Shown in pieces: positions 16,569-26,279 of a stretch of 32,000 bases of DNA. Positions within the stretch are counted from its first letter, which is position 1. Each line of letters begins with the position of its first letter. This DNA is from Chitinophagaceae bacterium (GTDB lineage: Bacteria; Bacteroidota; Bacteroidia; Chitinophagales; Chitinophagaceae): contig JADKKA010000006.1 in the NCBI GenBank assembly GCA_016720745.1, forward strand, positions 57,604-89,603, read 5' to 3'. The position numbers were made by a program, and so were the translations under genes. The notes below the pieces were generated by a model. It had not been told where the DNA came from. It searched no databases and saw nothing but the letters and a program-made list of their open reading frames with translations.

Positions 16569-17359
16569 TAGTAAAGTGTAATCCCTTTTTTGTTCATCGC
16601 GCCGAGTCCAAAAAGGGCAAAATCATATTTCACGGGATCTTCGCTGTCTAAAGTTCGCAAATAATCCGTTAAGGCAATGGCGGTTTCCCAACCGGGGTTT
16701 TGTTCTTTATTGCCCGCTGGTTTTAGTAATCCCAGAATCCGGGCCACACGGGCCACATGCAGATCAATCGGGCAGATCAGTTTGGAAGGAGAGATATTTT
16801 TCCAGATACCAAAGTCTACCCCGTGCTGATCCTTTCTTACCATCCAGCGCAGGAACATATTCAGTCTTTTACAGGCGGAGCCTTTTGCCGGACTGGCAAT
16901 ATGTTTCCGGGTTCGTTCCGGTATATGTTCCAGTGAGAAGAAGTAATGATGAAAACCAGTTAACATGGATTCAATGGTATCGCCATGCATGGTAAAAGCC
17001 GATTCCAGAGAATCAGCCTTGCTGTAATGCGTTTTGAAAAATTCGATGAAATAAAGCAGATCAGTTGCGTTGAAAGTCCGGTGTTTGAAGGAGAGCAGGG
17101 ATTGCAGGTCTTTCTTACTATGCTGCAGACAGAATGCATGCGGGGCATGATCCATCAGCTGCATCAGTTCTTTGGATTTATTGATGATGGTGGTTCGGTT
17201 GCCCCAGGCAAATATGGCCGCAAAGAAACCGGCGATTTCCCGGTCCTGTTTTTTATTGTATAGATGCGGAACAGCAACAGGATCAAAAGCAATAAAGGAA
17301 GGCTGATTGTATTCCTCAGCCTTCCTGTCGAGCAGTTCTTTTATTTTTTTCTGATGCAT
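16568..17359 (-). CDS. TIGR02757 / DUF2400-like family protein of unknown function
   Basis: The pattern FDPVAVPHLY...DREIAGFFAAIFAWGNRTTII ... DLHVARVARILGLL is recalled from that family. It was not verified by a search. Confidence 0.65.
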   Translation of the reverse strand: MHQKKIKELLDRKAEEYNQPSFIAFDPVAVPHLYNKKQDREIAGFFAAIFAWGNRTTIINKSKELMQLMDHAPHAFCLQHSKKDLQSLLSFKHRTFNATDLLYFIEFFKTHYSKADSLESAFTMHGDTIESMLTGFHHYFFSLEHIPERTRKHIASPAKGSACKRLNMFLRWMVRKDQHGVDFGIWKNISPSKLICPIDLHVARVARILGLLKPAGNKEQNPGWETAIALTDYLRTLDSEDPVKYDFALFGLGAMNKKGITLY

Positions 17360-17401
17360 ACTTACAGTAGTCCTGCAAGTATAGCCTAATTCCTTTAATG
17401 C

Positions 17402-18058
17402 TTAACGCGGAATCACGGCGCCACTGCCTGAAATATTGGTAGTGATAACCGGTGTACCATGATAGTACACATTTCCGCTACCGGCAATCCGTACTTTCAG
17501 CGTTGTATTGGCCGTGATCTCGGTATTGCCACTACCGGAAGTATTGGTCTCTGCTTTATCTGCCACCATATTCAGTGCCCTGATATTGCCACTCCCGTCA
17601 ATGGTTGCATAAAAATTACTGCAGCTCCCGGTACTAAATTCGATATTGCCTGATCCTGTAACACGGGCATTGAAGTCTGTTACCGAAGGGAAACTGCCGC
17701 TGGTACTGATATTACCTGATCCTGCCAGGCTGAGTCCATTCAATGAAGGCAAGGTGACAAAGACTTCTGTGTTGTCATTTTTTACATTGACCCCCTCTCT
17801 ATAACCCAGTTGCAGGGTATTGTTCACCAGTTTGGTTTCGTAATAAGGAAGGAGATTGCTGTATCCCTTTACTTCCACTTTAAAAGCTGCGCCCGGAGAA
17901 ACATAGATATTGGTGCTGCCTGCAGTAGAGATCGCTGTAAATCCGCTGATATTCCTGTTTTCTGTCGTAGTGGAACCATGTCCGCTGATTCTTTCTTTTG
18001 AACAGGAACTGAATGCCAAAATGGCTGAAATCACTGTGATGCCTAATCCTCTTTTCAT
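17402..18058 (-). CDS. DUF2807 / head GIN domain lipoprotein
   Basis: Lipobox LAFSSC and repeated GSGNI/GSGNV/GSGNT beta-helix-like motifs (at least 6 copies). Confidence 0.85.
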   Translation of the reverse strand: MKRGLGITVISAILAFSSCSKERISGHGSTTTENRNISGFTAISTAGSTNIYVSPGAAFKVEVKGYSNLLPYYETKLVNNTLQLGYREGVNVKNDNTEVFVTLPSLNGLSLAGSGNISTSGSFPSVTDFNARVTGSGNIEFSTGSCSNFYATIDGSGNIRALNMVADKAETNTSGSGNTEITANTTLKVRIAGSGNVYYHGTPVITTNISGSGAVIPR

Positions 18059-18102
18059 AAATGCTTGTTTAAATGTTTGAAATTGTTTTCATGACTATGG
18101 GG

Positions 18103-18110
18103 CAAAAATA
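18103..18110 (-). promoter_or_regulatory. Bacteroidota-type -7 promoter box TAttTTTG (minus strand)
   Basis: Exact TAnnTTTG match on the minus strand, 44 nt upstream of ATG 18058. Confidence 0.35.
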
Positions 18111-18214
18111 GAACCCGTAAAAGGGGGTCCTTTGATGAAGCAGGTAGATGGAAGCCTGAAAGACTGAAATCTTTCATCGGAATAGGAAAATTCCGCGTCG
18201 AAATTTCAGCGAAA

Positions 18215-19141
18215 TCAGGGATTGAGCCATTCTTTGAAGGCGGCAGCTCGTTTTTGGCTAATGATCACCTCTTCTTCCTGTGGTGGATGAAGGTGCAGGG
18301 CCAGTTTACCATTCTCTTCGTTGGTGAAATAATGGCAGGCCTTGATATTGATAATATACTGCCGGTTGGCCCGGAAGAAAAGGGATTCTTCAAGCAGTTT
18401 GGCCAGTTCGTCCAGACTATGGTTCAGCAGATAAGTATCGGACTGAAATGTTTTGAGGGTGGTATAATTGCCCGTCTTGTAAAAGCAGGCAATATTTTCA
18501 ACGGGAATCGGGATATTCTTATTGCCTGATACGGCTACCAGTAAACGGATTTTTCCCTGTCCCTGGTTTTGAGGAATGAGTTCTGCCTCCTCTGCTTCAA
18601 AACCCGGATCATTGGGCGCTGCAGGTAATACATCGGCACCGGTTCGTATATTTTGCAGCGTGAATAATTGTTGTTTCAGAGAGATTAGTTCTTCTTTTTG
18701 TTTTTTACTCTCCCGGTAAAAATAATAGCCCACATACACCACATTCCAGAAAATGATAAAGAGGATGGAAATCGGGAATTCCGTAAAAAAGAACTGTACT
18801 TCTTCTTTTTTAAACCCTAATAAAACAATCAGGTAAGTATACATGAATCCAAGCACAAAGAGTGCAGGCAGTACCACGGCAGCAATCAATTGATAGATCA
18901 GCCGGGTGGTAAAATATTTATGCCAGGGGTATTGCTGATCGAGATAGGAAGTAATCAGATTGATCAGCGATGTAACGATAAAACTGATCGAGAAACCGGC
19001 CAGCACATCAGAAAGAAAATATTTTCCGTTAATAATATCCGAAAAGGAATCAGTGCCCAGGAAGACAAAGAAAAAGCTGAGCAGTAAAGAAACGCCCAGG
19101 CGCAACCAGAAATCACGGTATGGAGAAAAACTGTTTTCCAT
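18215..19141 (-). CDS. Membrane-anchored LytTR-domain DNA-binding protein (4-5 TM helices plus LytTR, no receiver domain)
   Basis: The N-terminal half is hydrophobic helices. The C-terminus IACFYKTGNYTTLKT ... FFRANRQYIINIKA is LytTR-like. The track start at 19144 is TTG and the adjacent ATG is 19139..19141. Confidence 0.85.
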   Translation of the reverse strand: MENSFSPYRDFWLRLGVSLLLSFFFVFLGTDSFSDIINGKYFLSDVLAGFSISFIVTSLINLITSYLDQQYPWHKYFTTRLIYQLIAAVVLPALFVLGFMYTYLIVLLGFKKEEVQFFFTEFPISILFIIFWNVVYVGYYFYRESKKQKEELISLKQQLFTLQNIRTGADVLPAAPNDPGFEAEEAELIPQNQGQGKIRLLVAVSGNKNIPIPVENIACFYKTGNYTTLKTFQSDTYLLNHSLDELAKLLEESLFFRANRQYIINIKACHYFTNEENGKLALHLHPPQEEEVIISQKRAAAFKEWLNP

Positions 19142-19155
19142 CAATGGTAAAAGTA

Positions 19156-19185
19156 AAACCCCTTTTCCGGGTAGAAAAGGGGTTT
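19156..19185 (-). terminator. Hairpin terminator downstream of the trans-sulfuration gene
   Basis: A 12-bp stem pairs aaaccccttttc (19156..19167) with gaaaaggggttt (19174..19185) around the loop cgggta. On the minus strand it is followed by tacttttacc. Confidence 0.6.
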
Positions 19186-19206
19186 CGTATGAATTGGGAA
19201 AAAGGC

Positions 19207-20346
19207 TTATCCAATTGCTTTGGCCAGGTCTTCCACCAGGTCATCCGCATCTTCGATCCCCACACTCAGGCGGATCAGGGAATCACTGAGGCCGTTTTTG
19301 ATTCTTTCTTCTCTTGGAATAGAAGCATGGGTCATGCTGGCCGGATGATTGATCAGTGATTCCACACCACCCAGACTTTCTGCCAGTGAAAAAAGATGAG
19401 TAGCCGACAAAACTCTCCTGGCTTCTTCTACGCTGTCATCTTTTAATTCGAAAGAAATCATGCCACCAAAATCCTTCATTTGTTTTTTAGCTACGGCATA
19501 GCCTGGATGATCTTCAAATCCAGGCCAGTACACTTTTCCCACTTTGGGATGTTGCCGAAGCCAGTTGGCGATGATACGGCCGTTTTCACAATGGGCCTTC
19601 ATGCGTACCCCCAGGGTTTTGATTCCTCTTAATACCAGGAAGCAATCCATGGGGCCCGGAACTGCGCCACAACTCTTTTGAATAAAATATAATTTCTCTC
19701 TCAGGTCCGCATCGTTCATCACCAGGGCTCCTTGTATTACATCACTGTGACCGCCGAGGTACTTGGTCACTGAATGCATCACGATATCGGCACCGAGATC
19801 GAGGGGGTTTTGTAAAGCGGGCGAGGCAAAAGTATTGTCCACCGCCAGCAGGATGTTTTTAGGTTTTGTCAATGCAGCAATGGCGGCTATATCCGTGATA
19901 TTCATCAGCGGGTTAGTAGGTGTTTCCAGCCAAACCAGTTTTGTTTTGCTGCTGATGGCTTTGCCAACATTTTCTGAATGGGTGGTATCTACATAAGTAA
20001 AGATGATGCCGAAACGTTCAAACACTTTGGTGAAGAGCCGGTAAGTACCGCCATACATATCATTGGCGCAAATCACTTCATCACCGGGAGATAATAATTT
20101 AATGACGGCATCAGTGGCAGCCACACCGCTGCTGAAAGCCAGTCCAAACTGTCCATTTTCAATGATGGCCAGTGCTTCTTCCAATGCTTTGCGTGTAGGG
20201 TTCTGACTGCGGGCATATTCGAAACCCTTGTTCACGCCGGGTGCTTCCTGTACATAAGTGGAAGTCTGGTAAACAGGCGTCATGATGGCACCGGTAGAGG
20301 GATCGGGATGTGCACCGGCATGGATAAATTTGGTAGCGGGTTTCAT
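19207..20346 (-). CDS. PLP-dependent trans-sulfuration enzyme (cystathionine gamma-synthase, beta-lyase or gamma-lyase family)
   Basis: The Cys/Met-metabolism PLP family pattern is present: TGAIMTPVYQTSTY, FSSGVAA, VDNTFASP and HSVTKYLGGHSD (the PLP Lys). Confidence 0.9.
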   Translation of the reverse strand: MKPATKFIHAGAHPDPSTGAIMTPVYQTSTYVQEAPGVNKGFEYARSQNPTRKALEEALAIIENGQFGLAFSSGVAATDAVIKLLSPGDEVICANDMYGGTYRLFTKVFERFGIIFTYVDTTHSENVGKAISSKTKLVWLETPTNPLMNITDIAAIAALTKPKNILLAVDNTFASPALQNPLDLGADIVMHSVTKYLGGHSDVIQGALVMNDADLREKLYFIQKSCGAVPGPMDCFLVLRGIKTLGVRMKAHCENGRIIANWLRQHPKVGKVYWPGFEDHPGYAVAKKQMKDFGGMISFELKDDSVEEARRVLSATHLFSLAESLGGVESLINHPASMTHASIPREERIKNGLSDSLIRLSVGIEDADDLVEDLAKAIG

Positions 20347-20382
20347 GTTGACATTTTAATGAGCAAAGATGATGAAATAGGT

Positions 20383-22233
20383 TCATTTAAACAGCAATGC
20401 TGCGGATAGATAACGCCAGTCATCATTTCCCGGATCATGCGCAGCCTGAGGGCGAATATTTTTATCCAGTACTTCCGGTTTCAGGATTTTTTCGGTGACC
20501 AGTTTTTCTTTGGCGGCCCGGATGGCTTCCGCCACGGTCTTATCTTCCATCCATTGTTGTTGTGGTGGTTCAAAGCCCACTTTATCTGTTCGCCAGGTAA
20601 TGGTTTCGGGCAGTGTATTTTTCATAGACTCCCTGAGCAGCCATTTGGTACGGCCCTTTCTTATTTTGAAATGAGAAGGAAGACTGAATAAAAACTCAAC
20701 CAGTTCATGTGATAGAAAAGGTAAACGCACTTCTCTGCCATGGGCCATGGAGTTCCGGTCGGCCAGACGAAGCAGTTCCTCTAAGCCATGTACAAAACTG
20801 TTGAAATGCAATACACCATTTAAGGTAAAATGATCCGGAGGCGTGTAATAGGCATCCCGGCTTTGTTGCTGTACAAATGTTTTGGTTAGATCCGGATGTG
20901 CCAGTGCTTTGGCCAGGTATTGGTTTTCGATCACAATACTGGCGAAGGAAGGAAACCAGGCAGCAATTCTGTTCTTCCATGTAAAGGGTTCGTTAATGCC
21001 CAGTTCAAGGGTTGCTTTTCGTTCACCGCTGCGGTTTAATTTACTTTTTCTAAACAGTTCCTGCCAGTACCATTTATAATATTTGTGATAACCGGCCAGT
21101 ATTTCATCGGCTCCCTGTCCGTCGAGTAATACTTTGATGCCGTTTTCTTTTGCCAGTTCATAAACTTTATACTGGGCATAACTGCTCGAGGAGCCAAAGG
21201 GTTCTTCCTGGTGCAGGCAAAGTTTTTCCCAGTCCTGCATCAGATCCGTGGCAGTAATATTTACAAGATGCTGTTCTAATTCAAAACGATCCGCCACTTG
21301 TCTGGCATACTTGCTTTCATCTTTTTCAAATCCGGGAAAAGCGGCGGTAAATGCCTTGCCGGAATAATTGGAACTGCGGAGCGCATATACCATGGCGGCA
21401 ATAGAAGAACTGTCCAGTCCGCCACTAAGACTGCTTCCGATGGGAACATCACTGCGCATTCTTCTGCTGACAGATCTTTGAAATAATTCATGGAACTGGC
21501 TGATGGCGGCTTCATCACTGATGGAACTTTGTTCTTTTTCCGGATCAATCTTCCAGTAGGTTTGAATCTCCAGCAACTGATCGGGAAGTGAATAGACCAA
21601 ATAACTGGCGGCCGGTAACCGGTATATCTGCTGGTAAAATGTTTCTTCTTTTTTTTCCGGGTTGCTGGTATAGCCGATCGTGATAAAATTAAAAAGCATT
21701 TGCAGGTTGGGGGCTTTATTAATACCTGCTGCCCAGAGGGCTTTCATTTCCGACCCAAAAACTAATGCATCTTCTTCCAGTGTATAATAAAATGGTTTTT
21801 CACCGAAGCGGTCAACAGCCGCAAATAATTCCTGTTCCTGCTGATCCCAGATCGCAAAGGCAAACATGCCGTCGAAATGCTGTAAACAATCTTCCTTCCA
21901 GTAATCCCAGGCGGCAGCAATCACTTCCGTATCGGTTTGGCTGCGAAACTGGTAACCCTTTTGCTGCAGCAAATTTCTCAGCTCTGTATAATTATATATC
22001 TCACCGTTGTGAACGATGGAGTAACGATCCAGGTAATGCATCGGTTGCTCTCCGGCGCTGCTGAGATCAATAATGGATAAACGACGATGACCGAGTAATA
22101 CCGTATTGTTTTGATTGCACCATTCACCGGCTCCATCAGGACCGCGATGAGCAATAGCATCCGTCATTTGCTGCAGCTGTGATAACTGAAACCTTCCGGG
22201 ATTTGATTGTATGATGCCTGCAATGCCGCACAT
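20383..22233 (-). CDS. asnB: Asparagine synthase (glutamine-hydrolysing)
   Basis: MCGIAG is an N-terminal nucleophile Cys directly after Met, with the ATG at 22231..22233. The track start at 22242 is TTG. SLSGGLDSS is the PP-loop of the synthetase domain. Confidence 0.92.
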   Translation of the reverse strand: MCGIAGIIQSNPGRFQLSQLQQMTDAIAHRGPDGAGEWCNQNNTVLLGHRRLSIIDLSSAGEQPMHYLDRYSIVHNGEIYNYTELRNLLQQKGYQFRSQTDTEVIAAAWDYWKEDCLQHFDGMFAFAIWDQQEQELFAAVDRFGEKPFYYTLEEDALVFGSEMKALWAAGINKAPNLQMLFNFITIGYTSNPEKKEETFYQQIYRLPAASYLVYSLPDQLLEIQTYWKIDPEKEQSSISDEAAISQFHELFQRSVSRRMRSDVPIGSSLSGGLDSSSIAAMVYALRSSNYSGKAFTAAFPGFEKDESKYARQVADRFELEQHLVNITATDLMQDWEKLCLHQEEPFGSSSSYAQYKVYELAKENGIKVLLDGQGADEILAGYHKYYKWYWQELFRKSKLNRSGERKATLELGINEPFTWKNRIAAWFPSFASIVIENQYLAKALAHPDLTKTFVQQQSRDAYYTPPDHFTLNGVLHFNSFVHGLEELLRLADRNSMAHGREVRLPFLSHELVEFLFSLPSHFKIRKGRTKWLLRESMKNTLPETITWRTDKVGFEPPQQQWMEDKTVAEAIRAAKEKLVTEKILKPEVLDKNIRPQAAHDPGNDDWRYLSAALLFK

Positions 22234-22283
22234 GCCAGACAAATATCCAAATAAAGGGTGACTGTGAGGTAAATAAAAAAAGC

Positions 22284-22925
22284 TTATTGAAACAGGATGG
22301 GAAGACGTAATTCCACATTATCCCAGGCCATCATCAGGTTGGCACCTTTTGCTGCTTTTTCAAATAGCATGGTGTAATACTCGAGCGACTGATTTTTTTC
22401 TTCTACCGGAATGGTAAAACTGGCGACGTCTTTGGAATGGAGCTGTTGTAATCCCCATGAATCAGTATTGCTGTTGAAGACAATGGTCCATTCTTTTTGC
22501 TGAGGGATACAATAAAGGGTGTACCGGCCGGCGCGGATGGGTTTGCCCTGGATGCTGGCATTGGTAAAGAGTTGTAACTCGGTGGCTTCGTTGGCACCCA
22601 TGCGCCAGGGTTCGCCATAACTGAGCACTTCATGAAAAATATGACGACCCTGCAGGTGTGGCCGACTGTAAATCACACGGGCCAGCGGGGGAGCAATGGT
22701 GGAGTCATTTGTTTTCAATTTGGGATAATCTACCGGGAAATAAGACATATCCAAAGGTGATACATCCACATCTTTATACTGGTTGCTTCCGTTTTCAAGA
22801 GGGGGGAGATGATTGTCTTTCCCGTTTACAGGCAGGTTCACAGGATTGGCTACTGGTTGTTTTTTTTGCTCTTTGCAGGCAACCAGCAGACAGAGTGAAA
22901 ACAGGACAACAACAATTTTATTCAT
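22284..22925 (-). CDS. DUF2911-family secreted lipoprotein
   Basis: MNKIVVVLFSLCLLVAC lipobox. The core has ARVIYSRPHLQGRHIF, WRMGANEATEL and RAGRYTLYCIP..KEWTIVFN. The track start at 22976 is TTG and overlaps the upstream gene. The ATG is at 22923..22925. Confidence 0.8.
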   Translation of the reverse strand: MNKIVVVLFSLCLLVACKEQKKQPVANPVNLPVNGKDNHLPPLENGSNQYKDVDVSPLDMSYFPVDYPKLKTNDSTIAPPLARVIYSRPHLQGRHIFHEVLSYGEPWRMGANEATELQLFTNASIQGKPIRAGRYTLYCIPQQKEWTIVFNSNTDSWGLQQLHSKDVASFTIPVEEKNQSLEYYTMLFEKAAKGANLMMAWDNVELRLPILFQ

Positions 22926-22932
22926 AGTGGTA

Positions 22933-23496
22933 TCAGAATACAATGGGTAAAGCCACCCGGGTATTTTCCCAGGCAATATTCAGGTTACAGCCTAAGGCAG
23001 TCTTTTCAAAATACATAGACAAATTTTCAACCGGGCTATCGGTTTTCTGCATGGTTACTTCTGCCCTGGCCACATCTTTTTTAATATCATATTTAAAGGA
23101 GCCCCAGGTATCTGTTTCTTTATTGAGGATGAGGGTCCAGTTACTCTCATTCACTAAGGCATATAATGTATAGCGGCCGGCTTTTATTTTTTTACCCCCG
23201 ATCCTTACCGACCGGAAAAACTCAATTTCTGTTGCTTCATTGGCTCCCAGTCGCCATACTTCTCCGCTTTTAACCAGTCCCCCGAAAATGGGCCTGCCTG
23301 CTTTCTGCGGGCGGCTGTACAATACCCTGGCTGCCAGGGGCTCAGTTGCTTTATCCTGGATTTTCAATACCGGATAATTGACCGGGAAATAGCTCATATC
23401 CATCGGTGATTTATCAACCGGAGGGATATTGTTTTGAGCCAGCAGGCAGAAGAATGCCATTTGAAAGAAAGCCACCAACAGGAGTATTTTTCGCAT
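22933..23496 (-). CDS. DUF2911-family secreted protein, paralogue of 22284..22925
   Basis: It has a signal peptide and the motifs ARVLYSRPQKAGRPIFG, WRLGANEATEI and KAGRYTLYALV..SNWTLILN. Confidence 0.8.
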   Translation of the reverse strand: MRKILLLVAFFQMAFFCLLAQNNIPPVDKSPMDMSYFPVNYPVLKIQDKATEPLAARVLYSRPQKAGRPIFGGLVKSGEVWRLGANEATEIEFFRSVRIGGKKIKAGRYTLYALVNESNWTLILNKETDTWGSFKYDIKKDVARAEVTMQKTDSPVENLSMYFEKTALGCNLNIAWENTRVALPIVF

Positions 23497-23515
23497 AATC
23501 TGGTTTTTGAGTAGG

Positions 23516-23523
23516 CAAAATTA
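23516..23523 (-). promoter_or_regulatory. Bacteroidota-type -7 promoter box TAatTTTG (minus strand)
   Basis: Exact TAnnTTTG match on the minus strand, 19 nt upstream of ATG 23496. Confidence 0.3.
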
Positions 23524-23569
23524 GCCTATTTCTGATTTGGCTGTTAAAACGATTGAACCAGGCCAAATG

Positions 23570-24160
23570 TTACAGGGATAACTGATCGAAACAGGATTTT
23601 GCATAAGGCTTCATCCCGGCCCAAAAATGACGATAACAATCTTCCAGCAGTTGGAAGTGTTCTTCAAAAATGGTAAAAGCAGTGTGATAGTCTTCCAGGT
23701 AGGCCGCTCTTTTTACCAGTCCACCCATGCTTTTTTTAATACCCCAGCGGGTCCGGTAGTTGAACAGCCAGTTCTGCTGTTTCATAAAGGGGTACATATG
23801 GGCAAAGCGATCGGGCATCCAGGCTTCCTGCCGGTCTAAGGCTGCATAGGTATCCCGGCTGAATGCAAACAGGCTTTCTTCTGTAAATTCCGATTCGTCG
23901 TTGGCCAGGAAATGATCATACACCACATCTATAAAAGCACCACTGTATAACCGGTAATGGGCGCGAAAGACCTGTTTGGCTTCGCGGGTAGCAATATGGG
24001 TATCGGTATACTGGTCAATGGCACGATGGAGTTCAATACCCTGTTGTACTTCTGAGGGGTAATCAAATTTCTTTTTTCCCTTTACGAAATCACTGATCAT
24101 ATTACCGGTGAGCACACCGGGGTGGCCAAATGACAGGTATGCATGTGCCAGGTAATTCAT
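23570..24160 (-). CDS. acpH: Acyl carrier protein phosphodiesterase
   Basis: MNYLAHAYLSF ... ISDFVKG ... GIELHRAIDQYTDTH ... DVVYDHFL matches the AcpH pattern (E. coli AcpH begins MNFLAHLHLA). The ATG directly abuts the upstream stop (24160/24161). Confidence 0.8.
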   Translation of the reverse strand: MNYLAHAYLSFGHPGVLTGNMISDFVKGKKKFDYPSEVQQGIELHRAIDQYTDTHIATREAKQVFRAHYRLYSGAFIDVVYDHFLANDESEFTEESLFAFSRDTYAALDRQEAWMPDRFAHMYPFMKQQNWLFNYRTRWGIKKSMGGLVKRAAYLEDYHTAFTIFEEHFQLLEDCYRHFWAGMKPYAKSCFDQLSL

Positions 24161-25588
24161 TTATTGCTTTACAATTTTTTGGAGCCAGTCGCCCATGGTT
24201 TCCAGCGCAATGGGGGCGATGGTTTCTTCAATCGCCCGGTACTCTTCAATCGTGCATTCTTTGCAGGTTTGAAAAAGATGATTCAGTCCGGGTAATTCTT
24301 TAACCAGATAGTTTTTGGATTTACTTTTTTTCAATGCAGTTTCGATACCGGGCAGATTTTGTTTGGGTAAGACCTGTATATCTTTTCCACCATTGATAGC
24401 CAGTACTGCGCATTTGAGTTGTTGTAAATAGGGGGCGGGATCAAAAGAAAGAAAATACCGGAACCAGGGATTGGACATCGTCAGGATGAGTTCACGGATA
24501 TATTTATCCCTGTCTTTTTTCTGCGTCATTTCCAGTAAGCGTAAGGTAGCGGTATCGGTTTGGGCGGCCCATTCTTCAGCCGCTGCGGATGCCTGGGTGA
24601 AACCTGTTTTCATATCAGGTGACTGGGTGGCTGCGGTGGCGATTTTTTTGAATACCGGTCTTAATGCTGCCGCCGCATTTTCGGGGATGCCATATGATTG
24701 ATAGATCGCAATATTTTGTTCTACCAGCAGGTCCATGCATGGAACACCGGGCCCGGCCATTAATACGATATAAGCAATGTCTTTCCGCTCAGCTGCCACC
24801 ATGGGTGCAATCATTCCGCCTTCACTGTGGCCGATCAATCCGATTTGTTTTTTATTCACTTCTTTTCTTTGCAGCAGGTAATTGATATGGGTGTTCACAT
24901 CATCGGCAAAATCTCTGCTGGTCGCTTTATCAAAAACTCCCGTGCTTTTTGCCACCCCGCGGTCATCGGCACGTAATACAATAAAGCCTCTGCGGGTCAG
25001 GTAATCAGCCAGTACGGCAAAGGGTTGATGGCCCATTAATTCTTCATTCCTGTTTTGCGGACCCGAACCGGAGATCAGCACAACGGCAGGGAAGGGTCCC
25101 TTTCCTTCGGGAATAGTGATAGTGGCACCAAAACGAAGACTGGAATCGGCGTTAGCATAAATCAGGTCTTCTGATTGATAAGGAAAGGGAGGAAGGGGCT
25201 GCTGCGGCCTTTTCAGTGCTTCAGGGGTCTTTGGTTGGTCTGTTTTACTTGTTTTCTTCAGGGTAAGGGGCAGGTCAGCGCCCTGGGTGAAAGTCCCCTC
25301 GATGGTACTATCATTGATCAATCGGCCGGAAAAAGAAGCTTTTACAGCGGTGATCTCAATCTGAATTTCCTGATTCTTGATTATTGCGTCTTTGCATGTC
25401 AGGCCAAAGGCCGACTGATCCGGACTATCGGCTTTTACTTTGCCGTTTTCTTCGATATGAAATACAATCCTGATTTCTATCCCTGCCTGTAATACCCCTT
25501 CCCAGGAGCCGGTGAATTTGGAATTTTGTCCGTGAATACTGCTAAAAGCAGTACCAAGCAGCAGGACAAGAAACATTCTTTGTAGCAT
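24161..25588 (-). CDS. Secreted alpha/beta-fold hydrolase (serine hydrolase)
   Basis: It has the signal peptide MLQRMFLVLLLGTAFSSIHGQ, an N-terminal beta-rich domain, and the nucleophile elbow IGLIGHSEGG. Confidence 0.85.
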   Translation of the reverse strand: MLQRMFLVLLLGTAFSSIHGQNSKFTGSWEGVLQAGIEIRIVFHIEENGKVKADSPDQSAFGLTCKDAIIKNQEIQIEITAVKASFSGRLINDSTIEGTFTQGADLPLTLKKTSKTDQPKTPEALKRPQQPLPPFPYQSEDLIYANADSSLRFGATITIPEGKGPFPAVVLISGSGPQNRNEELMGHQPFAVLADYLTRRGFIVLRADDRGVAKSTGVFDKATSRDFADDVNTHINYLLQRKEVNKKQIGLIGHSEGGMIAPMVAAERKDIAYIVLMAGPGVPCMDLLVEQNIAIYQSYGIPENAAAALRPVFKKIATAATQSPDMKTGFTQASAAAEEWAAQTDTATLRLLEMTQKKDRDKYIRELILTMSNPWFRYFLSFDPAPYLQQLKCAVLAINGGKDIQVLPKQNLPGIETALKKSKSKNYLVKELPGLNHLFQTCKECTIEEYRAIEETIAPIALETMGDWLQKIVKQ

Positions 25589-25604
25589 ATTTTAAATTTA
25601 CTGA

Positions 25605-26267
25605 TTAAGACTGGTTATTTTTCTGTTGACGGAATAATTGGTAAGAATAGACGCAGGGAATCAGGGTAATGGTTACCATGATGGTGAAAAATATAATGAT
25701 GGCCAGCTCGGCAGGAAGAAATAGACATATCACAGCCAGCAAAATTCCGCCGCCAAACCAAAGTTTTCCGGCCAATTGATGGGTCTTTCTCCAGTTCTCT
25801 TCATTTTCGAGTGTCCAGGGCAGTCTGAAGCCGGCAAAATAATTGGGTTTCATATTGGGCAAATAATTGCCCAGGATGGCAAAGAATAAACCCACAGCGC
25901 TGAAGATCAGTCCGGCGCTGAACCGGATATTGCCTTTGGAAGCACTGTAAATGATCATACACATTACTGCGGAAAGCAGCACTGCGGTTGCAAAAGCGAT
26001 GGTGGAAATCCGGTTCCTGTTTTCGGCAGCATTTTTTTTGGGGTCAATCCGCCAGATATTGGTGAGCAGCAGATAGACCACCATATTCACCAGGATCATA
26101 ATGATTACGGTTGTGATCAATTCGTTTTTACTCCCGAAGCGGTCAGGATTGCCTTTGAGATCAAAATGCATGGCCACTTTTTCCGGTAAGTTTTTCCAGA
26201 CAATGGCGAGGTAGACGGCAGGTGCGGCCATCAGGGGCCAGACTCCTTTTTTTAATAAGCTGTTCAT
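25605..26267 (-). CDS. SdpI-family membrane protein (DUF1648 plus SdpI immunity-like domain)
   Basis: KVAMHFDLKGNPDRFGSKNE is DUF1648-like, and 5-6 TM helices are present. The gene lies directly downstream of an SdpR/ArsR-type repressor. Confidence 0.85.
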   Translation of the reverse strand: MNSLLKKGVWPLMAAPAVYLAIVWKNLPEKVAMHFDLKGNPDRFGSKNELITTVIIMILVNMVVYLLLTNIWRIDPKKNAAENRNRISTIAFATAVLLSAVMCMIIYSASKGNIRFSAGLIFSAVGLFFAILGNYLPNMKPNYFAGFRLPWTLENEENWRKTHQLAGKLWFGGGILLAVICLFLPAELAIIIFFTIMVTITLIPCVYSYQLFRQQKNNQS

Positions 26268-26279
26268 ATCAGTAGCTTT

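Noticed and set aside
20383-22233. AsnB homologue as a lasso-peptide cyclase or other RiPP enzyme
   Set aside because: It keeps the Met-Cys N-terminal glutaminase nucleophile (MCGIAG) and the SGGLDS PP-loop of genuine asparagine synthases. No leader-peptidase, precursor or exporter genes lie nearby.
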